A DNA stretch of 64,000 nt from an uncultured Chthonomonadaceae bacterium (GCA_963817895.1 CAWFQB010000001.1:1-64000), one strand, 5' to 3'; counted from the first letter of the stretch, positions 49,491 through 61,140 are shown. Notes: generated from the sequence alone by a model not told the origin. Program-made: numbers and translations.

Positions 49491-50883
49491 TAGGCTCACT
49501 TTTGCAGCCCTTGATTGAACAGGGAGAAAGCGCGCGCGCGGAATTCAAGCGCGAAATTGATAAGTTGGAAATGGTCGGGCAAACCGTCTGCGCGTTCCTC
49601 AATGCCGGGGGAGGTACGCTTGTGGCAGGCGTCACGGACAACGGCAGGATTGTCGGCATCGAAAATGCTCAGAAAATGGCCGTTCGTATCCGGCAGGACC
49701 TTGCTCAGTATCTCTCTCCACAGGCATCGTATTCAGTGGACGTGGAGGAGATTGACGGTAAACCCTGTTTGATTGTGGATGTACCCCCCGGTTCACAAAC
49801 CCCTTATGTGTATCGGGATAATATTTTGGCGCAAACGGCCTACAAAGCGTTCGCGCGACCGGCGCTGACATTTCCGGCCTGCTGCAGCGCCGGCGACTGG
49901 AACCGGTACGCTGGGAGCGCCTGCCTGCGCTCGGCGCCGATATTGAGGAGTTGGATCAGGAAGAGATTGCCCGTACCATCACGCTGGAACAGCAGAACGA
50001 TTGGCGCGCAGGCAGGCAGGTTGTTTCCGCTGATGACGCATTGCAACTGTTGAACCTGACGGAGCGGGGGATGCCGCTCAATAGCGCGATTGTTCTCTTT
50101 GCCCGACAGCCTGCGCGTCGCTATCCTCAAATTCGTGTGCGCGTCGCCCGCTTCGCATCTGAGAATCCCTCTGATATAGTAGACCACCGCGCGTTTGAGG
50201 GACATGCCTTTGCTCTGTTGGAGCAGGCGCTTACTTTTTTGAAAGCGCATTTGCCTGTCACTGCTACGTTGCCGGATGATGGCCTTGTCCGTTCGGATAG
50301 GTTGATGTATCCTCCCGGCGCGTTGCGTGAAGCGCTTGTCAACGCTTTGATGCACCGCGATTACGCGGCATTTGATGGCGGCGTTGCTATACGCATGTAC
50401 CCGGACAGAGTGGAGTTTTGGAATTCCGGCGCATTGCCGCAGGGAATGACTGTTGCAACGCTCCGACAGGGTTACGTGTCGCGCCCTCACAACCCGGACA
50501 TTGCGCATATATTCCTGCTGCGCGGCCTTGCGGAGCGTATGGGGATTGGGGCGCGGCGGATAGTCGCCGAGTGTTTGGAAGCGGGCTTGCCGGAGCCGAC
50601 ATGGGAAGAAAAGGGCGGCGGTATTCTGCTGACATTACGCCGAACGCCCGCCCTTAAATCTTCCAATCGCCACATTCCATTAAGCCGAAGGCAATCCGCG
50701 TTTCTTGAACAAATGCTCCCCGGCGAACACATCACAGCGCAGGAATACCACCGCCGGTTCGCATCCGATGTATCTGACCGGCAGGCGCGTACGGAACTAG
50801 GGCAACTTGTGGAAATGGGGTATATGCGACGCGAGGGCCGTGGGCCTGCGACTGCTTACGAGCGCACATCTCTGCCAAAGTGA
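49487..50883 (+). CDS. Schlafen/AlbA_2 + HATPase_c_4 + wHTH protein; frame switch at about 49825
   Basis: GESARAEFK, VCAFLNAGGGTLVAGVTD; ALREALVNALMHRDY, SRPHNP, ERMGIG; C-terminal ARTELGQLV...GRGPATAY. Confidence 0.85.
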
Positions 50884-51030
50884 ACGACTGGCGCTCAGAT
50901 TAAATTTTCAAATTATCGTGGGAATCGAGCAATATTGCATAAGTAATGTGGTATATAATTTGAACGGTAGTCTTCTGGATGCCTTTCTTGCTTTCTGCTT
51001 CCACCTGTTCTTAACAAGGGAGATTCATTC

Positions 51031-51732
51031 ATGCGTTCTAAAATCGCTGTTCATGCCCTTATACCTTTCTGCGCTCTTGCCATGATTTCGGTCAACGCGC
51101 GTACAGCCAGGTCACAGGTCACTTTTTATACCAGCCAAACAACTTTTAACGCCAGCGCCGGTTCCATCCGACTGATTGATTTTGAAGGGATCGTTTCGGA
51201 CACGCAATTCACGCCCCTCACGCCTAAAATGGTGATTGGCGGCGTAACTTTCAGAACCTCTGTCGGTATGGAAGGTGTTGCGGGAAAGGATTCCGCCGTT
51301 GCGGGCGCGCCGTACAACTCCGCGCTGCTGTTCTCCAACAATGCCGCGCCTATCACCGCCGACCTGTCCACTGCCGGATCGAACATCACCGCAGTCGGAG
51401 GGGAGTTCGGCAACGTTTTGGCGGATGCGCCGGGAACCTTGACTTTAAAGTTGGGTTCAGGAAATTCTCTGGTTGAAAACATCACGGCGTCGAGTTTGAG
51501 ACAGGGAAGTTCGCCGAACTTTTTTGGCTTCACCGTTGTCGGCGATACCATTAGTTCTGTGACTCTGGACACCAGCGCTTTTGGGGGCATTGATAATTTT
51601 GTATTCAGCCGCACCGCTTCCTCCGCTTCCTCCGCCGTTCCCGAACCCTCCATGCTCACCGTTTTCTTCGGCTCTGTCCTGACCGGAATTCTCTTTCTGC
51701 GAGGGCGCAAATTCGCCCGCAATGCCGCGTAA
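51031..51732 (+). CDS. PEP-CTERM sorting-domain protein
   Basis: Signal peptide; VPEPSMLTVFFGSVLTGILFLRGRK. Confidence 0.88.
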   Translation: MRSKIAVHALIPFCALAMISVNARTARSQVTFYTSQTTFNASAGSIRLIDFEGIVSDTQFTPLTPKMVIGGVTFRTSVGMEGVAGKDSAVAGAPYNSALLFSNNAAPITADLSTAGSNITAVGGEFGNVLADAPGTLTLKLGSGNSLVENITASSLRQGSSPNFFGFTVVGDTISSVTLDTSAFGGIDNFVFSRTASSASSAVPEPSMLTVFFGSVLTGILFLRGRKFARNAA

Positions 51733-51764
51733 ACGACCCAAACCGTTTCCTTACTTATGGCGCG

Positions 51765-51801
51765 ACAACAGCCTTCTGTCACCATATCAGAAGGCTGTTG
51801 T
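51765..51801. terminator. Hairpin between convergent genes
   Basis: ACAACAGCCTTCTG...CAGAAGGCTGTTGT. Confidence 0.7.
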
Positions 51802-51855
51802 TATGATTTCGCTCACGCTATGGCAGAAGGCATGAGTTTAGTAGATGGGAAAGTG

Positions 51856-52290
51856 TTACCTTGTACGCCGACGTTTGATAGCGAAGGCAAACGGCAAGAA
51901 GAGCAGGGTTGCGCCTGCCAGATTACAGGTGTAGGGCGTGGACGGCCATGAAGCGCCGGTGACATTCTGCGCAGGGTCGCTTGCCAGATACCGCACCTCA
52001 ATCTTATCGCCAATATGAAGGCCACCGCGCTCCTGCGCGCCTACCTCACTGTTCCCTGTGTAGCGTTTGCCGTTCACTTCAAAAGCGTACGTAATGTCCG
52101 CTTTGCTGCCCTCTTCACCTTGCAGTGACATCAGAGTCCCCTGTGTTTTCACGCCTGCATCCTGAATATGATGAAAAGCGTGAAGCTGACCCATGCCAAT
52201 GACAATCATAACAATACCGACCGCGCCCAAAAGCCAGCCGATAACAGGATAACGAGTCAGTAGAGTTGACAACAAAAATCGCATTGCCAT
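51856..52290 (-). CDS. DUF3592-like membrane protein
   Basis: TM segment, GVKTQG, YAFEVNGKRYTG, IGDKIEVRY..SDP, TM segment. Confidence 0.7.
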   Translation of the reverse strand: MAMRFLLSTLLTRYPVIGWLLGAVGIVMIVIGMGQLHAFHHIQDAGVKTQGTLMSLQGEEGSKADITYAFEVNGKRYTGNSEVGAQERGGLHIGDKIEVRYLASDPAQNVTGASWPSTPYTCNLAGATLLFLPFAFAIKRRRTR

Positions 52291-52328
52291 TTGTCTTTCT
52301 GTGGAAAATAGCCCGAAGGCATGTTGGT

Positions 52329-54999
52329 TTAGTGGCGCAGGTTGGTGTCGAAGAGTTTGAGGATGCGCTTGTACTCATCGGCCCAACTGGACGGTTCCTC
52401 AAAGGCGTGACTCTCGACCGGATACGCGGCGAGTTCCCAATTTTCTTTATGTAGTTCGATCAGGCGTTGCTCCAGTCGGACGGAATCTTGAAAGTGAACG
52501 TTGTCGTCCACCATGCCGTGACAGATGAGCAACGCGCCCTTCAAACCTTCGGCGAAGAAAATAGGCGAGCTTTGCCGGTACGCGGCGGGATCGTTTTGCG
52601 GCTCGTTGAGGATGTTGGCCGTGTAGCCATGATTGTAGTGCGCCCAATCCGTGACGGGACGCAGGGCCGCGCCCGCCGCGAACACGTCCGGCTGCGTGAA
52701 CATCGCCATTAAGGTCAGGAATCCGCCGTAACTGCCGCCATATAGTCCGATGTGTTTGGCGTCCGCGCCATACGTGGAAATCAGCCACTTCGCGCCGTCT
52801 ACCTCGTCGTCTAAATCCCTGCCGCCCATGTGACGGTAAATCCCCGTGCGCCAATCGCGCCCGTAGCCCGCCGAACCCCGATAATCCGCGTCCAAAACCA
52901 GATACCCGCGCTCCATCAACAGGTGATGAAACATGTATTCGCGGTAGTAGTAACTCCACCATGAATGGGCGTTTTGCAGATAGCCCGCGCCGTGTACGAA
53001 CAGAACGGCAGGCCCGCCTTTCTTCCATTTCGCCGGTTTGTACAGGCGGGCGTAAACCGTCGCGCCGTCCCGCGCTTTATAAGTGACAATCGGCGGATTT
53101 ATCCATTGATACGACAGCCATTCCGCAGTGGGCGAATGTGTTACCTGAACCGCATCGGTTTCAGTGATTTCCGTGTTCGCTGCCGTTTGAGCCGTTGCAG
53201 GAATTTTGCGCGCGTTTTTCAATGCGGTTGAAAATGGAAGATGGGATTTCGTTACGGAGTTGGTGTCTGTGGTAGCGCCCGCGCCGGATGCGCCTGCCGT
53301 TGACCCACTGTTGGGTTTGTTGGGCAGGAGGAACAGTTCGGGGGGATGGTTGCCGGTCGAGCGTACAATGGCAAGCGTTTTGTCATCCGGGGAAATCTCC
53401 CAATCGTCCTCATCCGCCTGCGACAGGCGCGTGATGCGGGTTCGGGTTCCGCCCGTAAGGGGCATGGAATACAACGCGCGTTCGGTCGGCCCGCCCTCGC
53501 TCGACATGAAATAGAACTTCTGTTTGTCTTCCGACAGCCGAACCCGCAGCACTTCAAACGGCCCCCGCGTCAGTTGAACCGGGTTCGCCATCTTCAGTAG
53601 AAACCACGTACAGGTGCGCGAATCCGTCCCGTTCGGAAACAAAGTAGACGTGCCGATTGTCCGGCAGAAAGCCCATTGCCCCCGCCCCGAACCTGCCTAC
53701 CCACGCCTCATCATGGCTTTGCGCCAGAACGGTTGTCTTCCCTGTTGCCGGGTCTACCCGAAGCAGCCACGCATCCTTGTTGTCCATGGCCCGCGCCGTG
53801 ACAATCGCCCGCTTGCCGTCTTCCGACCACTGCAAGCCCTGCCAATTGACGCGCCGAACTCCGGGCTTGACGCCCACAGCCGTAATCGCGGGCGGCGTGA
53901 ACAGGACGGGTTTCGCGTCCCCCGTTGCCACATTCAGCACTGCCATGCGCGTCGTACCCTGAACGTCGCCCACCTTGCCCCGGCCTGCGCTCTCTTCCGT
54001 GTAGCCGCTTTCCGTCACGAAGCGGGGAATGATCGCGCTTTTCTCGCCGCTGTCGCCCTCGCGAATCATCAGGCTGACCCATTGGCCGTCCGGCGACAGG
54101 CGCAGACTGCCCGCGTTCTGCCCCGCGCCAAGCGTAAACGGCTTGCGCTTGCCCAAATCCTGCTGCTTGCGTTTGGCCTCCTGCTCGTCGCGCTGTTTGG
54201 CCTCTTCGCGCAGGGATTCAAAGAGTTCCGCTTCGGTTTTCTTCAGCGCGTCCTGACTGGTCAGCGCACTGTTCGCGCCTGCTGTTCCCGCTGTGCCGTT
54301 CCCACTCGTTGCCGCGCCCCCGGTTCCGTCTGTATTTGTCCGCGCGGCGTTTGTTCCCCGCCGTTTTGTCTTGTGGGTGGCGAGCCTTGCGTTCGGCGGC
54401 GACCGCCCGCCTGCGCGATGAAGGGCGTTTGTTCCCCCGCCGCGCCCCGGCGTATGTCGGTCAACTGCCGCAGTCCCCCGCCCGTCAGCGACATCTCGAA
54501 AAGGTTGTTCTGCCGCTCGAACACGATGCTGTTGCCGTCGGCTGTGAAACGTGGGCTGTTTTCCGCTTCCAGCGTGGCGGTCAGTTGCCGCCGCTGGTTC
54601 TGCGCGAAATCGAACAGGAAAATATCGCCATTTTCAGCAAATACGGCAGAGCGCTTGTCGGGCAGACACCTCCCCAAATGCGGGCGGCAGCAATTTCGCG
54701 TCTTCGTCGGTCAATCTGTGCAGGCCGCTGCCATCCGCGTTGACCACATAATGCGCGTATTCTTTGCGCCGCGCTTCCCCCGCCTGCTTCCACTCGAAAT
54801 ACACGCGCTTTGAATCCTGCGACCAGCGTACACTCGTCGGCGCATAGCCGATCAACTCCGGCCCGCGCATGATGTTATCTACCGTCAGCGCGAATGGATG
54901 AGGAGTCGTCTGCCCGTACAGCGCGACAGGGGACAGCGCAAGCAAAGCAAGACCGCACAGGGGCGAAAACGCGCGAATAGATTGTAAGGAAAACTTCAT
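52329..54999 (-). CDS. S9 family (DPP IV-like) prolyl oligopeptidase; several frame switches
   Basis: Signal peptide + LTVDNIMRGP; propeller; FVHGAGYLQN, GGSYGG nucleophile, HGMVDDNV, ESH. Confidence 0.92.
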
Positions 55000-55247
55000 A
55001 ATGGATGTTGAACTTTCTGCCTGCTGGAACAGCGTCTAAGTGTTGAAAGGCGTTTATGCGAACATTATGAACACGAATAAGCGTCATGTCAACAGGGCAG
55101 GAGTTGGCGCAGGGCCGCGTGAACCCTTTGCGCGGAATATGCAACAAAACAGGTAGGAAGAAGACGTAAAAGAGGAGCGGCGCAGAGGCCGCGCCGTCTT
55201 TTTACGAGCGAACGGCGAAAAACTCTGCTATAGGGACGGGCAGGGTG

Positions 55248-55276
55248 TTGACAGAACGCGGCAAAACGGATACAAT
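55248..55276 (+). promoter_or_regulatory. sigma70-type promoter of the pil operon
   Basis: TTGACA-N17-TACAAT. Confidence 0.7.
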
Positions 55277-55501
55277 GCAGGGGTGTGTTTCCCAAAGCTC
55301 CACCATTTTGCGGGTATGCGCGTTTCTGACCTCCTGCGCGTTTGCGGCCCTGTATTCGCGGTTTTCCATTCCGGTGAAAACGCGATCTCGAAATTCCCGT
55401 TCTTTCTCTGCTTTATCACAGCTGAACCGCTTCGGCGCATCCGACATCGCGTTGATGTTGAATTTGCCGCGCGCGGCAGCCACAATCAAGGATAGCAAAT
55501 C

Positions 55502-57120
55502 ATGGCAGGCGGCTCCTATATTGGTCTGGACATCGGTTCCAATCTCATCAAGGTCGCTCAGGTGCGCAAGAGCGGCAAAGGTATCGAGGTGGTTTCCCTC
55601 GATGTCGCGCCCACGCCCCAGGAAGCCTTTGAAAACAGCGTCATTATTGATCCGCAAATGCTGGCGCAGGCCGTGAAAGCATTGCTGAAAAAGGCCGGCA
55701 TCGGCGGTGGCGAGGTTATCAGCAGCGTGTCGGGACAATCCGCCGTCGTCGTGCGCGTGATTGACGTGCCACAGATGAACGCGGCGGAACTGGCCGAAAC
55801 CATGAAGTGGGAAGTGGAACGGCAGGTTCCCTTCAATGCCAGTGAAGTGGTTATGGATTACCAGCCCATCCAGCGGCCCGAAGGCTACGCGGACGGGCAG
55901 AACATGGAAGTGTGCCTTGCCGTCGCGCAACAGGACATGATTGACCGCCATGTGGAGATGCTGTTCAAGGCCGGCCTGAAACCCAAAGCCATTGACGTGG
56001 AACCGCTGGCATGCGGGCCGCTGTATGCTGACGATCCCCGCTACCGCGCAGGCGCCGGGACATACGGTTGCCATTATCAATCTGGGCGCGAGCAATACGG
56101 ACGTTTCCATTTTTCGAGACAACCTTTTAGCCTTTCCGCGCACCCTGAGTCTGGCGGGCGACCACTTTACCCGCGCCATTGCCAACGAAATGCACGTAGA
56201 CCTCGCCACAGCGGAACAGATGAAGCGCGATGTGGGCGAAGTGATTATGGGACAGGCCCCGCCGCAAGACCCCTACGGCAACTTTGGCGGCGGCGATTTC
56301 GGCGGTGGACCCGGGTTCATGGACTTTGCCACCGATCCCGCCGTGCCTGCCGCGCCCCTGCCCGGTTGATCCCGCCGCGCCATTGTCATCTGGAACCGGC
56401 CCCACATCGTCCCCCTCCGGGCGGATGCCGTTCGACTTTTCCACGCCGGGGGAAGCGCCCCCGCCGCCTGCCGCCACGCCGTTCGATTTCAGCAGCGGCG
56501 AAACCGGGCAGCCCGAAATGTTGGGGGGCGGCATGGACCCGGTGCAGAACGCAGCCGAACCTACCGGGTTCTTTACGCCGCCTGCCCCGGATTTTGGGGG
56601 CGCAGCCGCGTATCCCGCGCCGGACGCCATGCCGTTCGCGGATGCCGATCTGCCGGTTGCCGCGCCTTCGGGCGATCCGAATCGCGAGGCCATGCGAATC
56701 AACGTGTTCAATTCCATCGCGCCCGTCCTTGCCGAACTGGTGCAGGAGATACGGCGCTCTATAGACTACTACCGTAACAAGACGGGGGACGCGCCCATTC
56801 ATGAACTGGTGCTGGTGGGCGGCTCGTCCAAACTGCGCAACCTCGCGCCGTTTCTGGAAGAGCAGCTTGGCATCCCGGCCCGCGTCGGCAATCCGCTGGC
56901 GTCCATGTCCGTCATCGCCAAAAATCAGTCGCCGGATTACTTGCAGGATATTGCCGTCCTGTTCCCGGTCAGCATCGGCTTGGGGGCGTACCCGCTAATC
57001 GCGCCGCCCGCCAACGCTATGAAAAAGGGCAAGCCCGGTAAAGCGCCGAAAGCGCCGAAAGCCGCCCAAAAAGGGCAAACAGGCCGCAGCCGCCGCCTGA
57101 ACAACGCGCATCCCGCGTGA
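55502..57120 (+). CDS. pilM: Type IV pilus assembly protein PilM; frame switches at about 56020 and 56360
   Basis: IGLDIGSNLIK, WEVERQVPF...VVMDYQ, IDVEPLA, INLGASNT, EIRRSIDYY, LVGGSSKL, IGLG. Confidence 0.92.
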
Positions 57121-57171
57121 CCGAAACAGTGTGCGAACCTTCGGCGCGCTTTTTGTCGGGGAGACATCAGA

Positions 57172-58096
57172 ATGTTACCCATTAACCTACTGCCTAACTA
57201 CATCCATGATCGTGGCAAAAAGCCTAAACTGATGGCGGTTTATGGCGGCGTTATCGCGGCGATCATCATCGGCGCGGTGGTTTACGCCAATGGCATCCAA
57301 AATGACGTGAATAAGTCCAAAGAGGAACTGGCAACGGCGCAAACAAAGCAGACCACGTACAACGCCAAAGTCAGCGAAATCAACAAGATCAAGGGCGACA
57401 TCGCCGAAATCGGAACCAAGCAGACGTTCATCGCAACCGCGCAGACCTACAATCAGTCCTGGCCGGACACCTATGAGCTGATGCGCGACCTGACCAGCAA
57501 GGATGTCCTGCTCAAAAGCATGGCAATCGCTACGGATCGCAAAACGGTGACGTTGGCGGCCTTTGCCGCCAACGAGATGATCATCGCCAAATGGTGGATA
57601 GACGCTGAAAAATCATAAAGAAATTTTTGATAACGTCACGATGCAGATTCCCACGCATCCCTATAATCCCGCTAGCGCTAACGGGCCAGGCGGCGCTCCG
57701 GGCGGTGGCCCCGGTTCGGGCGGTTTTCCCGGCTCTGGTGGGGTAGGTTCCTCCATGCCGCTGGGAATGAGCATCAGCGGCGGAGGCTTTTCAGGTTCCG
57801 GTGGCTTTCCCGGGTCGAGCGGCGGGGGTGGCGGCGCGGTCGAGGGCGTTGGCCCCACCGAAATCGAGGGCAAGTCCGGCGTCAATTTCAGCGTCCGCGC
57901 TATTCTGAAAACCATGCTTGCAGGGGGTGGGACAGCGCCCGTGTGGCCGAGCAGCGCTCCTCCGGCTCCAGCCGGGGGCGGTTTTGGCGGCGCGGGCGGC
58001 GGCGCGGTCAGCGGTGGGCCAAGTTCGAGTGGCGGACCGGGTTCAAGTGGTGGACCGGGTTCAAGTGGTGGACCGGGTTCAGGCGGGAGGGATTGA
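57172..58096 (+). CDS. PilN-like protein with Gly-rich segments; frame switch at about 57605
   Basis: INLLP PilM-binding motif, TM segment, coiled coil; directly after pilM. Confidence 0.8.
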
Positions 58097-58099
58097 TCC

Positions 58100-58927
58100 A
58101 TGTCTAAATTGACTATGCTTCACATCAATATCATTGGTTTCGTCGTGGCGGCCCTGCTTGCGGGTATCCTGTATGGAACCCTGATCAAGCCGAAAAAAGA
58201 GGATTTGGAAGCCACGCAGTTGCAGGTCAAATCCACGCAGGATACGGGCGGCACGGATGAGGCGATTGCCACGAAAGACAAGGAACTGAAAAAGACCAAG
58301 CAGGATGCGGTAGAAACCCGGGCCAAATGGTCGGTGAACGAGGTCAAGTATATGCCTCCGTTCCCCTATACCGATAAAACAAATGACCTTGATTTGTACT
58401 TTTTCCCGGCTGTCGGCAAAAGCGATAAAGGGCAGTTGTACGGCTTTCGGGATATTCCCACCGTGTGGGGCCAGTGGGTGACGGGCTGGTACGACGCGCA
58501 GAAAAATAGTGGCGTGTCGCGCCTTCCCGGCACAGAATTCCCGATCAAGGAATTCGCCGCCGATCCCAACCAGTTGACGGACAAACTCACCGGTCATCTC
58601 ACGTTCCCTGAAGAGAGCAAAACATGGCCGGTCAAACTGGAGTGCAAGACTTTCAATGACGCGCTGGCGCATCTGCGCCGCTTCAACGGCATGGAAAAAC
58701 ACGGGATGCCCGTCATCAACAATGTTGCCCTTTCGGGGCAAACTCCCAATTTGCAGCTTGCGTATGATCTTGCGCTGTATATCATTCCGCGCAGCAAGCC
58801 GCCGGTGAAAGAGCCGATGATTGACGCGGCGGGCGGGTCGGGCGCTGGTGGCGCACCTGCTGCTGCCCCTGCTTTCGGGGGCGGTGGCGGCGGCAAAAGA
58901 TTGCCGGGCGCTAACGGGATGAATTAG
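58100..58927 (+). CDS. PilO-like protein
   Basis: N-terminal TM + coiled coil; FNDALAHLRRF...INNVALSG; operon position. Confidence 0.65.
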   Translation: MSKLTMLHINIIGFVVAALLAGILYGTLIKPKKEDLEATQLQVKSTQDTGGTDEAIATKDKELKKTKQDAVETRAKWSVNEVKYMPPFPYTDKTNDLDLYFFPAVGKSDKGQLYGFRDIPTVWGQWVTGWYDAQKNSGVSRLPGTEFPIKEFAADPNQLTDKLTGHLTFPEESKTWPVKLECKTFNDALAHLRRFNGMEKHGMPVINNVALSGQTPNLQLAYDLALYIIPRSKPPVKEPMIDAAGGSGAGGAPAAAPAFGGGGGGKRLPGANGMN

Positions 58928-59000
58928 AATGTCGTTTCAACGGTGTTCAGTGTCGAGTGGCGCGTGGAACGTTCGCGCAGAAGAGTAAAGGGTTTCTGAC

Positions 59001-60017
59001 ATGCTGAAAAACAGTCCGATTTTGTTGGCAGGGGGAGTTGTCGCCGCGCTGCTGTTGAGCGGCTGCCATAAAGACGATGCGGAAAGCGCCGACAGCGCGG
59101 CTCCGCCGCCGATGCCGGTTCGGCCCGCGAAGCCGAACGTGGGCGCCTCCGGTATGGGAGCCAAACCCGTCGCAGACACGCCGGGAGCGACCAAGGGCGC
59201 GCCGGCCACAGGCAAAGTCGGGGGCGGCAAAACCGATCCCTTTGCTCCCAAAGGCGGCGGCAAGGCCGGGGACAAAATGCAGGCCAACAGTAAATCCGGA
59301 ACGGGAGCCGGCAAAATGGTAGGCGCGAAGGGCGCCGGATTCGGAACGGGGGCAGCCCCCGTGGCGACTCCCGGAGCCAGCGGCGTGGCGGGCGCGCCGG
59401 CTGCTCCCGGAACTCCTGGCGCTCCCGCAACACCGGGCGCTCCCGGCGTGGCGGGAGCGCAGATTGCCGCCGTGCCAAAGCGGATGGATCATGACCCCTT
59501 CAAAATAACCTGGCGGGTAGTTCCGCCGCCCCCGTATGTATTTGGAAGCGTGCAACCCCTGCGGCTTGCCAGCGCGGAAGTGGAGATTCCACCCGTCGGC
59601 GAAGTGAATGTGCGGGAAGTGGCAACCAGGCGCGTGTCGGGCATTATGAGCGGCGATGGCGTGTTTGCTATTCTGGAGGGCGCGGATGGCGGCGACCCCG
59701 AAATCATCAAACCGGGCAGTATGACGCGAGACGGCTACCGCGTAGTTGCCATTACCAGCGATACCGTGAAACTACAGCGGAAAGACGGGAATGTAATCCG
59801 CACCCAGATTGTGCCGCTCACAGACGCCTCTTCCACACAACAGCAGTCCAATAGCGGACTGTTCGGCGGACGCGGCGGGGCGGGCGGTAGTGGCTTCCCC
59901 GGCAGCAATGGCGGCTTTCCCGGTTCCGGCGGTGGCGGCGCGCGCAGCGGCGGCCCGACCAGCAGTGGCCGGGGCGGCAAGCGTGGCGGCGGCTTCAACG
60001 GCGCCGGCGCAGATTAA
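59001..60017 (+). CDS. PilP-like lipoprotein with low-complexity flanks
   Basis: Lipobox LSGC; DPF; RRVSGIM...FAILE...YRVVAITSD. Confidence 0.65.
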   Translation: MLKNSPILLAGGVVAALLLSGCHKDDAESADSAAPPPMPVRPAKPNVGASGMGAKPVADTPGATKGAPATGKVGGGKTDPFAPKGGGKAGDKMQANSKSGTGAGKMVGAKGAGFGTGAAPVATPGASGVAGAPAAPGTPGAPATPGAPGVAGAQIAAVPKRMDHDPFKITWRVVPPPPYVFGSVQPLRLASAEVEIPPVGEVNVREVATRRVSGIMSGDGVFAILEGADGGDPEIIKPGSMTRDGYRVVAITSDTVKLQRKDGNVIRTQIVPLTDASSTQQQSNSGLFGGRGGAGGSGFPGSNGGFPGSGGGGARSGGPTSSGRGGKRGGGFNGAGAD

Positions 60018-60043
60018 GGGTTTGTAAAAGTATCAATTCCCGC

Positions 60044-60104
60044 GTAGGGGCAATCCCCCGTGATTGCCCTTCGGGAATTTACGTGATTGCCCTTCTGGAA
60101 TTTG
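60044..60104 (+). repeat. GTAG-type REP-like palindrome with 23-bp tandem duplication
   Basis: GTAGGGGCAATCCCCCGTGATTGCCC; CGTGATTGCCCTTC.GGAATTT occurs twice. Confidence 0.6.
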
Positions 60105-60360
60105 TATATTTACAGACCCTAAAGGCGTTTACGCGGGCAAAAAGGACCGAAGCAGGAACTTTTCAAGAAATTTTCTGAAATTGTCCTTTTTGGCGTTGAA
60201 GAAGCAGGAAATAGCAGGCGGTGTCTGGTATAATCAACCAACTATGTAACCATCCCGGACACGAGGACGTCTAAGGCGCAGCGCGTATTGAGGCGCGCCC
60301 GTACGCTTCGGCGCGGGAAGCGCTGATATCAGGACGCGCATCACCGAGGAGGAGAAACCA

Positions 60361-61140
60361 TTGAAAACACGTTATGGAATTTACGGTCTGGCAGGCGTGT
60401 CGCTGGCCGCGCTGGGATTTCTGGGCATGCCGTCTATAGCGCGCGCCCAGGACGCGCCGGGTACCGACCCGACCAGCGGCAGCGAAGCCTCCAAACAACC
60501 TATCAAACTGGACCTGGAGAACGCGGACCTGTATTCGGCCCTGAAACTGCTGTTCGCGCAGGTCAAGGCCAACTACATAATTGATCCGGGCCTGCGGCAG
60601 CTTTCGGTGTCGGTGCATCTTTCCAACATCCCGTTTAGCACCGCGCTGGGATTAATCCTGCGCAGCGTGAACTCGCCGGTTCCTCTCACCTACTCTGTAG
60701 GTGAAGGCGGCGTGTACTCCATTCTGGAAAAGAAGGCGCCCGTGGATGAGGGCGGCGTGGTGGATGCGCCGATTGCAGATCCGGCAAGCAGCCTGTTGAA
60801 GTTCCGCAAGTTTTTCGGCACCACCGGCGAACTGCACTATAACTCCTTCTACATTGCGCAGCTGCTTGGTGTTAAAAACATCGTCCGATCCATCATTCAG
60901 GAACAGCAGCAGGGTGGCGGCGGCGGCTTCGGCGGCGGTGGCATAGGCGGCGGTCAGGGCGGCTTCGGCGGCGGGAGCAGCTTTGGCGGCGGCGGGAGCA
61001 GCTTTGGCGGTGGTGGCAGTAGCTTTGGCGGTGGTGGCAGCAGCTTTGGCGGCGGCAGCAGCTTTGGCGGCGGTGGCGGCAGCTTTGGCGGCGGCGGCGG
61101 CAGCTTTGGCGGCGGCGGCGGTGGACGCGGCGGCTTCTGA
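60361..61140 (+). CDS. Secreted STN/secretin-N-domain-like protein with (GGGGSSF)n tail
   Basis: GGAGGAG RBS; signal peptide ending ARA; IKLDLENADLYSALKLLF...VSVHLSNIPFSTALGLILRS. Confidence 0.72.
   Translation: MKTRYGIYGLAGVSLAALGFLGMPSIARAQDAPGTDPTSGSEASKQPIKLDLENADLYSALKLLFAQVKANYIIDPGLRQLSVSVHLSNIPFSTALGLILRSVNSPVPLTYSVGEGGVYSILEKKAPVDEGGVVDAPIADPASSLLKFRKFFGTTGELHYNSFYIAQLLGVKNIVRSIIQEQQQGGGGGFGGGGIGGGQGGFGGGSSFGGGGSSFGGGGSSFGGGGSSFGGGSSFGGGGGSFGGGGGSFGGGGGGRGGF

Noticed and set aside
58012..58085. 18-bp tandem repeat as a mobile repeat
   Set aside because: It is a coding GGPGSS peptide repeat in the PilN-like tail, not an IR element.
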